The notes beneath the pieces are model-generated. The model saw nothing but the letters and a program-made list of their open reading frames with translations, did no database searches and had not been told where the DNA came from. The position numbers were made by a program, and so were the translations under genes. A DNA stretch of 64,000 bases from Octopus vulgaris (Eukaryota): NCBI GenBank assembly GCA_951406725.2, contig OX597826.1:46872001-46936000 (forward strand), in the 5' to 3' direction. Of this stretch, positions 40,507 through 53,979 are shown one piece after another (within the stretch, counting starts at the first letter, position 1; each line of letters begins with the position of its first letter).

Positions 40507-40722
40507 GAGCGGCAAGCTGGCAGAATCGTTAGCATGCCAGTCAAAATGTTTTGCAGTATTTCGTCCGTTTTTCCATTCTGAGTTCACATGCCGCCGAGGT
40601 AACCTTTCCTTTACATCATTTCTGGGTTGATGAAATATATACCAATTGAGCACTGGAGGCCGATGTAATTGTTTTATCCCCTCTCCCAAAACTGCTTGCC
40701 TCGAGCCAAAATTTGGAAATCA
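40507..40722 (+). mobile_element. SINE family A, old-type
   Basis: GCGGCAAGCTGGCAGAATCGTTAGCA...CTGAGTTCACATGCCGCCGAGG. Confidence 0.8.
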
Positions 40723-40899
40723 GAATCTACACATGTATGTATACTATGATGGAGAAAGCTGGTTATTATTTAGTTGGAACTGCGTAGATTTTTAGTAAAA
40801 GATGGTAATTGTTAGAGTTTCCGTTGTCTATAAAATTCTCAAAAATTCTTTAATATTTATATTTTAATCAAAATAATTTTCAAACAAATTTTAATACTG

Positions 40900-41200
40900 T
40901 TGCTGCTTGTTACTTCTCGAACCATGTCTGGCTCATAAGGGCCGGTTTCCCGGCTTCCTTGGCGTATAGGTTCTTCACCTGGACGGGACGCCGGTCCGTC
41001 GCAGGTGAGCTGCAAGATGCAGAAGGAAAGGGAGAGAGAAAGTTGTGGCGAAAGAGTCAGCAGAAGTTCGCCATTACCTTCTGCCGGAGCTGCTTAGGTA
41101 TTTCGCTCATAAACACACACATCGCCCAGACGAAGATTCGAACCGGCGATCCCTCGACCGCGAGTCCGCTTGCTCTAACCACTAGGCCATGTGCCTCCAC
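40900..41200 (-). mobile_element. tRNA-Arg(TCG)-like SINE (family C), near full length
   Basis: Minus strand GTGGAGGCACATGGCCTAGTGGTTAGAGC...GGACTCGCGG...GGTTCGAATC. Confidence 0.85.
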
Positions 41201-41496
41201 CAGTACTGAATATCCGAGTACATAAATATTTCAATCTCGAAATATTTTTTCTTTTTCTCTGCTATCAATCAGAAAACAAATTTTTATTTAGTGCAACACA
41301 CATCTCTCCCCCCTCTCTCTCTCCCTCTCTCTCTCCCTCTCTCTCTCCCTCTCTCTCTCTCAAGGCAATTTTTTTTTTAGATATTTGCAAAATATTCGTC
41401 AATTTTAACAGTCACATATAATGTATTAATGCTTTCTTTTTTCAAAGTCTTCCTCTTTTCGGTCTTTCCCCTCGCTCTCTCTCTCTCTCTCTCCCT

Positions 41497-41585
<89 letters not shown>

Positions 41586-41944
41586 CATTCATGACCCTTG
41601 CTGTACCATCCCATCTAAAACATTTTGTCTTTCCCAGAACACTGTGTCATTTTCATTTTGCTTCCTCTGCAGCTCTGCCTCTCTCTTTCTCTCACTCAAT
41701 CTCTTTCGGTCTCTTCAATTGTCTACGTTAAAAATAATTTATTTAGCATACATTGTCAAGTAGTTTATTGCTTGATATTTTGTTTTTCAACGTCATCTTC
41801 CCTTCGGTCATTGTCATGCTCTTCCTCACACACTTCGTTCAAATCCTTGCCATATTTCATTAAATGTAAGACAAATGATGCATATGAGAAAACGACATCA
41901 TTCAAAAATGTGTTATTTTTTTGGCATACACAGTTATATATATA

Positions 41945-42049
41945 TAGTTTATCCAAACATGAACAAAGAGAAAACACAACAACGTGAAGACATGGAACAA
42001 GTATAGTGTTATTGGACGCTCAAGAAAGGAAAGAAAGAAGGAGGATTTG

Positions 42050-42052
<3 letters not shown>
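41945..42052 (-). mobile_element. 3' half of the 7968-8182 repeat
   Basis: Reverse complement aligns with 8078-8182. Confidence 0.8.
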
Positions 42053-42111
<59 letters not shown>

Positions 42112-42113
<2 letters not shown>

Positions 42114-42167
42114 CCTTAGGTTTCCTGTCCATAAAGGGTTTGGCTTTATGGTGTATCGTCAGACCAC
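42112..42167 (-). ncRNA. Type I hammerhead motif truncated at the cleavage site
   Basis: GTGGT-CTGACGA-TACA-CCATAAAG ccaaacc CTTTATGG-ACAG-GAAACC taa GGTA, followed by (TA)n. Confidence 0.65.
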
Positions 42168-42230
42168 AAAACCTGTTGGCCTATGACCCCTTCTAATTAT
42201 GGAGGGAGGAAACCCTCACTACTGAAAGTA

Positions 42231-42298
<68 letters not shown>

Positions 42299-43182
42299 AT
42301 GTATATCTATATATTCATATATGTGAAAGCTTGTATGCTTAAATGCATATATTCATACGGTTAAAATTTTTGCAAGCTAATATTTGTAATGCGTTATATA
42401 ATAATTTTTTTTAGCTTGACGGAAAAAAAGATTAGGAATAACCACTGGCTTTAAGCAGTTCATTTTGTGATTATATTTTGTATTCAGTTAGATTTATAAC
42501 ATATATCTGTAAACCTGTGTCAAAACCCCATAGCTGCCAGGCAAATTGAAAAAGATCTTTCCCCAGATAGTCTCGCTTAATTTCGTTCAATTAACTAATG
42601 ACCCTAGAATCAGACGAGGTTCGCATATTTTTCTCCAGATGTTATCTGACATTGATCTGCCGTAATCCTAGGCAACGCACATCACACCAGATACCCGCCA
42701 CCACACTCTGAAGGTCACTTAATTATTTCATTGATTAGTTCAAACGATTTTGTTATGTGGAGTGACTATGACCTCACAGCCTTGACTCTAATGAAAGATA
42801 TAGTTCGTAACGTCTTATCGTGTGTCAAACTACGGTATTATTTTACTCATTTCTTTTCTCTTTTATTTGTTACGACACATTCTAATAATTATTACTAACA
42901 TCAGCACAAGATCTATTTTAGTGTGTATGTAAGATTGGAGTAAAGTATGGATAGTGGAGGGGAAGGTGGATGTTTAGTTCAAGTAGAGCAGCAAAGCCGG
43001 CAGCCTGTTTCTTTTTGTCTTGCTGTCGCCTTATGCTTCCCGTCTTCCTTCTACTTTCTGATGAATGACAAACTTCTGAATCGTTATGACTCTCATTTAA
43101 TCTTCTTAAAAGTTGAAATAGTATGTTTACCAAACTATGTTCTTTCTGTATCATTCTTTATGATGTTTATTGTCCTTGCATA

Positions 43183-43300
<118 letters not shown>

Positions 43301-43549
43301 ATATATAAACATCTTTTCGAGATGGATTAAGGAGAGTACTGGAAAAGTGGAATTTTTAGAGCGTCGGAAGGGTTGTTTTGTAGTTATATTTTCTGGTCGT
43401 GAATAATCCGAGTTCAAATTCTACCCCATCATTGAAAACAGCAAACATCTTTGGAAAAAATAATGGTAACATGGTCTTCTTAGTTTGATGGAAAGATCAC
43501 CTACCCTCACCCCTTCCAATTGCCCTCTCTATGAATAAATCATTTACAA

Positions 43550-43750
43550 TTTTCAGATCAAGGCCAGCAGTTTTTATGCAAGGGGGTTAATCGATTACAT
43601 CCACCCAATATGTGACTGGCGTTTTATGTTATCGGCCTTGAAAGAATGGAAGACAAACTCGACATCAGTGGTGTTTGAACTCGGAACGTAAAAATCCGGA
43701 AGAAATGTCACTGGCGATTCGATCCGATTCTCTAACAACTCTTCCAGCTA
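43550..43750 (-). mobile_element. SINE family A, degenerate
   Basis: AAGGCCAGCAGTTTT...TTTGAACTCGGAACGTAAA. Confidence 0.65.
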
Positions 43751-44539
43751 TTAATAAAGCTTCAGTATTTTTTTTTACACTTCTTTTAGAGAACGGTTGT
43801 TATAAACTAATATGTTTCTATGGCTTCTATTTACTTTCGTATTATACTACCTCATGTTCCAATGGTTCCATTTAATAGCATGATTGACCAGTGTACACGA
43901 AGTTAACTCACCTGAAATATATCTAGTAGATTATCGCTTATAGTTGATGCTTAGATTCCAATTTTAGCGTTTTTTGCAAGATATTAATACCATTCTATTA
44001 TTGTGTGCAATGGGTATTGTCATAAGTTTTTTTAGTATTTTTTCCATAATAATATACCCAATGAACATTTGATTCGATTAATACCATTTATGTGCTGCTT
44101 CATTGATGCATGTTGTAATGTATTGCGTGTATAGTGTTTAATTTTCGTCTGTATTGTTCCATCGTTTGGTTTACTAAGTTCTTCTTCTTCTGTAGTTTCA
44201 GCTCAGAGCTGCGGCCATGCTGATGCACCGCCGTTAAAACACAACGCTCGGCTCGGTCTGGAAATTGTATATATTCATTATTGACTAATATGTACCTTAT
44301 TAAATAATAATTTTTTTTATTAGATGGATTCCTCCCTGAGAGACAACAATTCAGAAGCTCTTCCCTGTAAGGACTTTACTGTTGAAATTTTAGGTTTATG
44401 AATATGTAGTGGGCGACTGTGAACGGTAGCAAGTTGTTGAAACGCGTGAGTGATAGGAATCATTGACAAATATTTGGATTTCTGTTCAGGGAGGCGATAT
44501 AATATATTAGTCTGTATAAATGCACAAACATGTCATATA

Positions 44540-44746
44540 CGAGGTTGATGCTGAAAAGTTTCTGACTTTAAGAGTATTGCAAAAGACCTGGTTGGAGGCC
44601 CAACCTTCTGAGGTCTTTTACAGAAAAACTGAAGGACCACTACAATAAGTGTGTGAATCTGAGCGGAGAATACGTTGAATAAAATCATAATTAAGTGTAT
44701 TTTCTTTTACTCAAAGCCTGGAATTTTTCAGGCCCCCACCCCTCGG
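44540..44746 (+). mobile_element. Mariner-derived MITE
   Basis: Same family as 9443-9659, with TIRs GATGCTGAAAAGTTTCTG / CTGGAATTTTTCAG. Confidence 0.8.
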
Positions 44747-44887
44747 ATATACATACATTATAATTAAATCTCTTTCAAACCGATTCCTACTCCCTAAAAA
44801 AAAGGTATATTGCAATATGTGATGTAGTTTTACACACACAAACACAAACACAAGCACGCACATGCACGCACGCACACACACACACAC

Positions 44888-44945
<58 letters not shown>

Positions 44946-45084
44946 ACTCACTCACGCACATGTGTCATATTATCTGTTCCTAAACTGACGGGATAACTAG
45001 TTCTAATTGGTCAAAAACAGAAAGTCGCACAACTTACTTAGAACAAAAGAACAGATTGGAGTCCTACATATACTTTATCTGAAA

Positions 45085-45411
45085 ACATCTCGCACTCCAT
45101 CGGTTACGACGACGAGGGTTCCATTCCAGCTGATCCGCTCAACGGAACAATGTGTTCGGGAAAATAAAGTGCAAGTCGCTGAGCAATCCACTGAGACAAG
45201 TATCCTTAACGTAGTTCTCTGAGGGATTGAGCGTGACACAGACTGTGACAAGACTGGCGCTTTGAAATAAAGTTAATGCTCAATTTTATCAGCTGAGTGA
45301 ACTGGAGCAACGTGAAATAAAGTGTCCTGCTCAAGGACACAACGTGTAGCCGGAAATCGAACTCACGAACCTACGAGCGTGAACCGAATGACCTAACCAC
45401 TAAGCCATGCG
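45085..45411 (-). mobile_element. tRNA-derived SINE family D (CORE-like body)
   Basis: Minus strand CATGGCTTAGTGGTTAGG...GAGTTCGATTTCC...GTGTCCTTGAGCAGGACACTTTATTTCACGTTGCTCCAG. Partner at 63890-64000. Confidence 0.8.
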
Positions 45412-46059
45412 AGGATAATTTCAAGTGAGATGCAATTGATCAGACGTTCATTCACTCAAACCTAGCGGAGTGCTAAACAACAACGACCAAATATTTAATA
45501 GTCATTCCTGTTATTTAGGGCTAAAATAGATTTTATTGAAGTGAGGTTTGATCAAATATATTCCAACCGTGACCATTGTGTCCTTTCTTAAAAGACAATT
45601 CATATCTAGAACTACATTATTTACTGTATCCATCATTCCAGAAGGCAAAGCTGTGATTTTGGCGGCTATTTTGTGGTTATTTCTAGCAGGTCAAGGGACT
45701 TTAATGAGGTTTCTTCAATGGTACGTTGGCTGATGTTGTTTAACACCATTTCAACTCAGATGAGAGACACTTAAGATCAAATACATCAAGTCGTGACAAT
45801 TCTATTTTATTGTGCGTGTAGAATATCTACTACATTGTTCTTCTAATATGCGTTCCTCCATTTTTTTAAAGGGCTGTACGCGATTTGAGGAAAATTTTGG
45901 CTGTTATATCATAGTAGACGAAGGACCACATATAATTATCTCCTTTTGCACAATGTCCTGAAGAAATTTTCTGTATGTTATTTAACGGAGGGTTGTGTTA
46001 AATCATTGTTGTCATTATAAGACAAAGTACAAATTAAAGAAACAATATAAGAAAAGAAA

Positions 46060-46700
46060 AAAAAGACGATTTGGAAGCCATATTTGTATTAGATGAGGAA
46101 AACATCAAAGAATGGATGTAAAGGACGGAAGAACCTAAGGGCGCTTTCGGTGAGATCAAACATATATTGTCAAACGAACTGCTATCAATAAGAATAAAAT
46201 AAAGATTCCTAGAGGGACATTCGCACAGCCTATCCTTATATATGCCTGTGTGACCTGGAGCAACAATAAACAAGTGCAACATCTTATCAATGCTACAGAG
46301 ATGTGGTTAGTTAAACCAACGTTGAAAGAACATGATGTAGATTGAGTAAAAAGACGTTGAAGTATTTAGATAACGGAAACCACAAGAAAACCTTATAAGG
46401 CCGTAAAGAAGCAACGGACTAAGTTAATTGAACATCACATGTGATAGAGCAAGCTAAGAGAACTTAGTGACAGCTGAGCAATTAAAAAGATGAGGTCGGG
46501 GAAGTTAGAGATAGATACATAGAGAGAGAGTGAGAGAAAAACGGAGAGTGAGAAGGAGTGAGATAGAAAAGAGAGAGGAGAGATATAGAAGGGGTAGATA
46601 CTCGATGTCTTTACTAAAAGGCAACAGAAAGACCGACCGAAAAATGTGCTAAAAAATGTGTAGGTCAGGACAAGGTTGGTAGGTCCGTGATTGCCTATGA
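46060..46700 (+). pseudogene. RTE-type LINE RT C-terminal remnant
   Basis: AFGEIKHILSN and PILIYACVTW..INATEMWL in shifted frames. Confidence 0.65.
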
Positions 46701-46781
46701 ATATAAGCCGAAGGAAAAGAAGAAGAAAATGATGACGAAGAGAAGATGGGGCAGAAGACGAGGATGAGTATAAATGTTATT

Positions 46782-46997
46782 AATCCTTTCTAGTATAGGC
46801 ACAAGGCCTGAAATTTGGGAGAGGGGACTAGTTGATAACATTGACCCCAGTGTTTCACTGGTACTTAATTTATCGACCCCTAAAGGTTGAAAGGCAAAGT
46901 CGACCTCGGCGGAATTTGAACTCAGAACGTACCGATTGGCGAAATACCACTAAGTATTTTGTCCAGCGTGCTAACGATTCTGCCAGCTCGCCGTCCT
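46782..46997 (-). mobile_element. SINE family A, full monomer with old-type tail
   Basis: AGGCACAAGGCCTGAAATTT...GCTAACGATTCTGCCAGCTCGCCG. Confidence 0.88.
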
Positions 46998-47479
46998 CAA
47001 TAACAACAAAAATAACGATATGATAACAATAATAATCATATCAATAACAAATTGCCATCAGTGAAATTTGAACCCAAAGTATAAAGAGCCAGAAGTAATG
47101 CCACTAAGCAGTTTTATCCGGTATGCTAAATAATGACAGTAATAATAATAATGATTTCAAAGTTTGGCGCATGGCCAGCACTTTTGAGTGGATGTATAAG
47201 AAGGAGCAGAAGAAGAGAAAGAAGAATGACATAACAAAGGGGTCTTCTCGGAATGTTTCATGCCGTAACGTGCGAAATATATTGTTTAGAGTGGTAGCGT
47301 TATGCTGATGTGAAATCCAGTTAAGAGGAAAAAGTACTCAATATTGTTAGGTAGACCGGAATAGTATTTATTCATATTCTCGAACCTCAGTCACCTAAGT
47401 TGAGAAGCCACGAGTAATGGGCACATACAGACTAAGCATACACACACACACACACACACACAAACACACACAAACACAC

Positions 47480-47531
<52 letters not shown>

Positions 47532-47697
47532 TCATACGTTTATGTTTATGTGTGTGTCTATGTATATGTATGTGTGTGTGCACCCGCACGTGTGTAGAAA
47601 GGTATCGGCGGCAAGTTTCCAACAATACTCAATGAGGAGAAGCGAGAGTTGTTCGTACACGCACACACACACAAATATGTATTTGTATGTGCGCGCG

Positions 47698-47738
<41 letters not shown>

Positions 47739-48312
47739 GATGTGTATATAACACTGTCGATATATAATGTGTGTATGTGTGTGTGAGTGTGTGTATTTAT
47801 GCATGCGTGCCCGAGTGTATGAGTGTCTTTGAATAATATATGCGCATCAGATCACTCTGTAACATTCGTGTTTCTCAACAGACATATTTATAAACACGCT
47901 TATAAATATCCTTCTAACAAAACCAACAATATAACATACAACATATAAGCAATACAACATGGCTCCATGTTATAAGTTTATATACGCCATTTGTTCTGTT
48001 TGTGCATTTCGCTGTAAAACATTTACTCTGTGTTTGATTAAAATCTTCTGGAACTCTAATAATCTGACTGCAGGTAACACTGTTCCGAAGAGACAAATAT
48101 GACAGTTATTCTTTAGTAATAAGTAATACGGCTTTATAACGTAACGAGATAATATTCAATACTCGCTTAGCGGTGTTGAAAAGCAAACTCCATTTTTATG
48201 TATTAAGCCTATAAGATTTTTTTATTATTATTTCGGACACCATTATTGTAATGGGTGCTTTTTAAAGCGGAACGAAAACCATACCTAAGTAATGGAAAAT
48301 ACATTCGCAAGA

Positions 48313-48448
<136 letters not shown>

Positions 48449-48830
48449 ATATGTATGTATATATGTATGCATGTATGTATATGCATACATGTACATATAA
48501 AAAACACAGCATTAGGTATTTATCTGAAAATGGCATAAAACAGCACGGGAAAATGAAATATAAATATTGCAATCTTTTGTAAACAGCTTAACTATAAAAG
48601 CTACAACAGTGCCACCTACACGTTGCCATGGGTCGTAAAAGCTTCCTTAATGTAAGCCAAACGCTACGAAGGAGTCAAGAGTACTTTGTTAATTCCCCTT
48701 GCCAAACATGATGCTTGTGGCAGCAGGGAATAAAACAACGGTTTTATACGTTGTTAGCGTAGATTAAACTTCTAAAAACCGTTTCCTATTATGTGTTGCT
48801 ATTTATCTTCATTGTCTTATATAAACACTT

Positions 48831-48861
<31 letters not shown>

Positions 48862-48949
48862 TGCATATTTACGCACATAAAAAACGTACGTACATAAATT
48901 CATAGATACCTACATACGTACGGATGCACATACATCCATGCATATCATT

Positions 48950-49163
48950 TTCATTGTAGGCACAAGGCCTGAAATTTCGGGGAAAAGGGGCTAGATGGTT
49001 TCATTGGCCCCAGCGCTCAACTGTCGTTTTTTTTTTATTTGATCTTCAAAGGACAAAATGCGTAGTCGACGTCAGCAGGATTTGATCTCAGAACGTAATG
49101 ATGGACGAAATGCTGCTATGCATCTTGTCGGACGTGCTAACGATTTTGCCACCTCGCTGCCTT
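48950..49163 (-). mobile_element. SINE family A, old-type
   Basis: Same head and tail as 46782-46997, more diverged. Confidence 0.8.
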
Positions 49164-49489
49164 GCTCGTTCACATAAATATTAACACATACTTTGTTACA
49201 AATAGACATCCCTAGATTTATCTGTGGTATAGTGAAGATTTGTAAACCATTCTAAAGGATCTCTGTTTGAGTTTCCGGAAATGAGGGCGTACAAACAATA
49301 ACACATACATATAAGATACACATTTACATACAGGCGTAAAAAATAATCCACACAAGCATCCACTCTCGAGCGAACATGAGTTTGAGCGTTCTGTAAGTAT
49401 TTCAGTCACCTATGTATACACGGATATTAATATCCTCTATAGTATTCCAATCTTGACTCAGCGGCACATTGAGGATGTGTGCGAAATTG

Positions 49490-49572
49490 AAATAGAGCGA
49501 TCCGAACCTGGATTTGAACCCACGAGTTATGGTCGTGTGGTCGATACTCTAACCACTAGGCCACGCATGCCA
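49490..49572 (-). mobile_element. tRNA-like SINE head
   Basis: Minus-strand A-box TGGCCTAGTGG and B-box GGTTCAAATCC. Confidence 0.6.
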
Positions 49573-49769
49573 GTGCCTACTTAGAATTAATCATGTACTT
49601 ACAAACCCCTGTAACTTCCTTGGTATTAACAACAAAGCATTTCCACTCTGTGAGTGAGTGCCTTTCATTTCAGTGAACGTAAATTAAAAAAAATGAAGAA
49701 AATACGTAAGTGTCCATCTGCGTACGATTCTACATGTGTGTTATTGTTGTTGTTGCTGTTGTGTGTGTG

Positions 49770-49807
<38 letters not shown>

Positions 49808-50569
49808 CGTAGTTGTACGTCTGATTTTGCCTAGTTAAGGCCAAACAGATCTATTCATATCATGGTTATTGTAAGAATGCCTTAATTCTTTGTTCATATG
49901 AATTGCTAAACAGCTTCTTTGTTCCAAACCAGTCAGTAGAATCGGTGTAATTTTGCTTCAGAAAATGAGATTAAAGACCTAAAACTACACTTAGACTACA
50001 TTTGGTGTTGCACAATATCAAACCTTCTAGAGAATTTCTTTGAGTGAAATATACTGCATGCATTCTTACAAATATTAATTACTGTATTTGATGGCGTAAA
50101 AGACGCACGAGTATTAAGACATGATCTAATTTCAGTAACTCAAAACCAAGGGAAAAGAAAGGTTTTTAGAACATTAATCCAGGTAATACAGACACAACTT
50201 TGCACATATGAACCTGGATGATATTTTGATACCTATATGCCACCATACATTGTAACTGACAGATGAGCAAATATCGAATATTTTCAATAATTACTTATAA
50301 GCCAACTGTTTCGTTATGCAATCACTGGATCAGTTTAAAAGATCAGCAAACTATCTCCCAAATTACACTTTACTGTCTAAACTGTTCAAAGATACACTGG
50401 ATATTACAATCCTAGATATATTATGTCTCTTTAAATAAGATTAGATGATTATCTACCGGAACACTTTAGATTAAAAGACTCCACGACTAAGGCTGGATTA
50501 CGTTTACCCAATAACAGTTGAGATAAGGCAGTGAGCTGGCAGAATCGTTAGCACGCCGGGGCTCTACAT

Positions 50570-51675
50570 ATTGGTTTCGAATTCGGGCGGAAGGTCATCA
50601 AAATTAGTGCTCGACTGGTACTTATTCTATCGACCTCAAAATGATGAAACACTAAGTCGTCCGCAGCGGAATTTGAACTTAGTGCGTAAATACGGACGAA
50701 ATACCTGTTTCTTTACTACCCACTAGGGGCTAAACATAGAGGGGACAAACAAGGACAGACAAACGGATTAAGTCGATTACATCGACCCCAGTGCGTAACT
50801 TGTACTTAATTTATCCACCCCGAAAGGATGAAAGGCAAAGTCGACCTCGGCGGAATTTGAACTCATAACGTAACGGCAGACGAAATACCTATTTCTTTAT
50901 TACCCACAAGGGGCTAAACACAGAGGGGACAAACAAGGACAGACAAACGGGTTAATTCGATTACATCGGCCCCAGTGCGTAACTTGTACTTAATCTATCC
51001 ACCCCGAGAGGATGAAAGGCAAAGTCGACCTCGGCGGAATTTGAACTCATAACGTAACGGCAGACGAAATACCTATTTCTTTATTACCCACAAGGGGCTA
51101 AACACAGAGGGGACAAACAAGGACAGACATAGGTATTAAGTCGATTACATCGACCCCAGTGCGTAACTTGTACTTAATTTATCGACCCCGAGAGGATGAA
51201 AGGCAAAGTCGACCTCGGCGGAATTTGAACTCATAACGTAACGGCAGACGAAATACCTATTTCTTTATTACCCACAAGGGGCTAAACACAGAGGGAACAA
51301 ACAAGGACAGACAAACGGGTTAAGTCGATTACATCGACCCCAGTGCGTAACTTGTACTTAATTTATCCACCCCGAAGGGAGGAAACGCAAAGTCGACCTC
51401 GGCGGAATTTGAACTCATAACGTAACGGCAGACGAAATACCTATTTCTTTATTACCCACAAGGGGCTAAACACAGAGGGGACAAACAAGGACAGACATAG
51501 GTATTAAGTCGATTACATCGACCCCAGTGCGTAACTGGTACTTAATTTATCGACCCCGAAAGGATGAAAGGCAAAGTCGACCTCGGCGGAATTTGAACTC
51601 ATAACGTAACGGCAGACGAAATACCGCTACGCATTTCGCCCGGCGTGCTAACGAATCTGCCAGCTCATTGCCTTA
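50570..51675 (-). repeat. SINE family A array: one head, five 184-bp bodies, one old body
   Basis: Units start at 50705, 50889, 51073, 51257 and 51441. Head at 51625-51675. Confidence 0.95.
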
Positions 51676-51719
51676 ATTTGCTGCCCATACATATTGACAC
51701 CCTAAAGCACGTCCACGCA

Positions 51720-52010
51720 GAGTTTAACTATCTGATTGGCATTGAATCGTTCGCAAGCCCACTACAACCATTTCTCCACTGACACGCTGAATGTAATTTC
51801 TCTGTATTTTTGACCGCTATTACAGTGAATTCCGCTGATCGGGGCTGGGTAGTTTTACATCATCTCCACTCAAATTCACTCGAGACACGCGTTTCTCCTC
51901 CTCTCATCATACTGTGGCCCATTTCCAGGCCTCGTATGTATCTCTACGCCAAGTCTTATATCTAAAGGGCATTAGTTCTCTGGAATAACCTCCAAGTACA
52001 TATTAAACAA
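51720..52010 (+). pseudogene. Possible CR1/Jockey-like LINE 3' remnant
   Basis: Weak RYYS and LWNNL motifs only. Confidence 0.35.
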
Positions 52011-52271
52011 TGCATATTTCATACGTAATATAATCATGTCATAATTACTGAAGTATATTTGAATATCAATTTAATAACCTTATTTATGACTACTATATAT
52101 ATTAGCTGAATATTCAATGCTATTCATTGGGAAAGGAAACCGGTCAGGTCTTCCCTACAGAGTAGGCAACTAACAATCAAACGGTCATGCAGGAGACTTC
52201 TGAACTCTGTTTTATTCTGCGTATCAAAAATGCATGAGTATTTTAAATTTCATTTTTTCTCACAGCAAGGC

Positions 52272-52284
52272 TTATCTATCTATA

Positions 52285-52361
<77 letters not shown>

Positions 52362-52394
52362 ATCTGTCTATCTGTCTGTCTGTCTGTCTACTTG

Positions 52395-52459
<65 letters not shown>

Positions 52460-52479
52460 TCTGTCTGTCTGTCTAACTA

Positions 52480-52525
<46 letters not shown>

Positions 52526-52632
52526 AATCTATCTATCTATCTATATATATATATCTATTTTTCTAACTATCTGTCTGTCTGTCTATCTGTATCTATCTGT
52601 GCCTTTATCTATCAATCTATCTATCTATCTAT
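52272..52632. repeat. (TCTA)n/(TCTG)n microsatellite
   Basis: Direct reading. Confidence 0.95.
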
Positions 52633-53979
52633 ACATATAAAAGAATAAGTAATACATGCATACACACACACGCACACACATTTGTCTAAAATTTCAAATG
52701 AGATATAACAACGACACCCATCATGCACATACTATCATCTCTCGTTTGCTGATTCTTAAGACGCTTTTTATATATCTCACAAAATAATGATAATAACAAT
52801 AGTAATAACAACAATAACAACAGCAGCAGCAACAACAACAACAACAACAACAATAATAATAATAAAAATAAACAGAATAAAAATTAAAGGAATCGGAAAT
52901 ATGAAGAAAACTTTGTGTACGAACAGTTAAAGGTGTTTCCGAATTTTACTGATCGTAAACAGAAGGCCACCCAACTGCGATTTCCGTACCCCACCTCTAT
53001 ACATAAAACACATTCAGCTTATTTCTTTACATCCTCAGTTAATGTTGATACTACAACTTACTGTTGTTACTGTTAATGTAGGGCACTTTTAAAGCTTCCA
53101 GTGTGTATATATACATTGTGAAGTACCTACCTAACAGTAGACAATTGTCTACAGGATATAGTTACTAAAACTGCAAAACAAAAACATTTCTTAGATCGAG
53201 ACACAAGCGGTAATTTAAAAGAAAATAGATGGGAACGTCACATGCGGCAGGAAACGCTATTTATGTATACGAAAAGGAACCAATAAAACTATAAACACAA
53301 AGAATGATACACCAGCGGGGATTTCAGATAGTATTTAAGAAGGCAAAATGGCGATTTTACCGTTGATAGATTTATATAAACGAAGAAGGGTTATTTGCAG
53401 CTCGTGATATTGAGGTTTATCAAAATTTCAAAAGTATTAGTTTTTGTTCTATCCATCAATCCCAAACGTACCTTCAAATAATGCAGCATTATTTAGAGAG
53501 AAAGGGCGACAATCAGTCTGTTTCAATAGGAGTTGTGTGGCAACTGGAGTATATTTTGTGTGGCCATCAATCAATAAAGACTAGACCACACATACTCCCG
53601 TACGTACATACACAAAGACGTACATATACTCAGACACACCTTCAGGCACAAACAAGTACACATATACATACATACATAACATAAAAGGCAGAGAATGAGA
53701 ATGGCATGCAAATAATAGCTTATTCGCCTGTGGAAGTAACGAAACGACAATGCTCCTAATATATTGTTCAATAGTTTAGTTTGACACCAGAACCACTTAC
53801 AAGAGAGAATAAGACGCCATACAATACAAAAGTCATACAAACAAAATGGTGAAGTTACAACCCTATATTTCGTGAAAATGAAATTTAGAGAAATGGAAAA
53901 GGTGAATCATACGTTTTAGATAAAAAATAATCTTCTGAACATCATAAGAATGTGTGCGTGTGTGCGAACGTATAATATA

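Noticed and set aside
50705-51624. CRISPR-like array
   Set aside because: Whole units are repeated with no unique spacers, they are SINE-derived and there are no cas genes.
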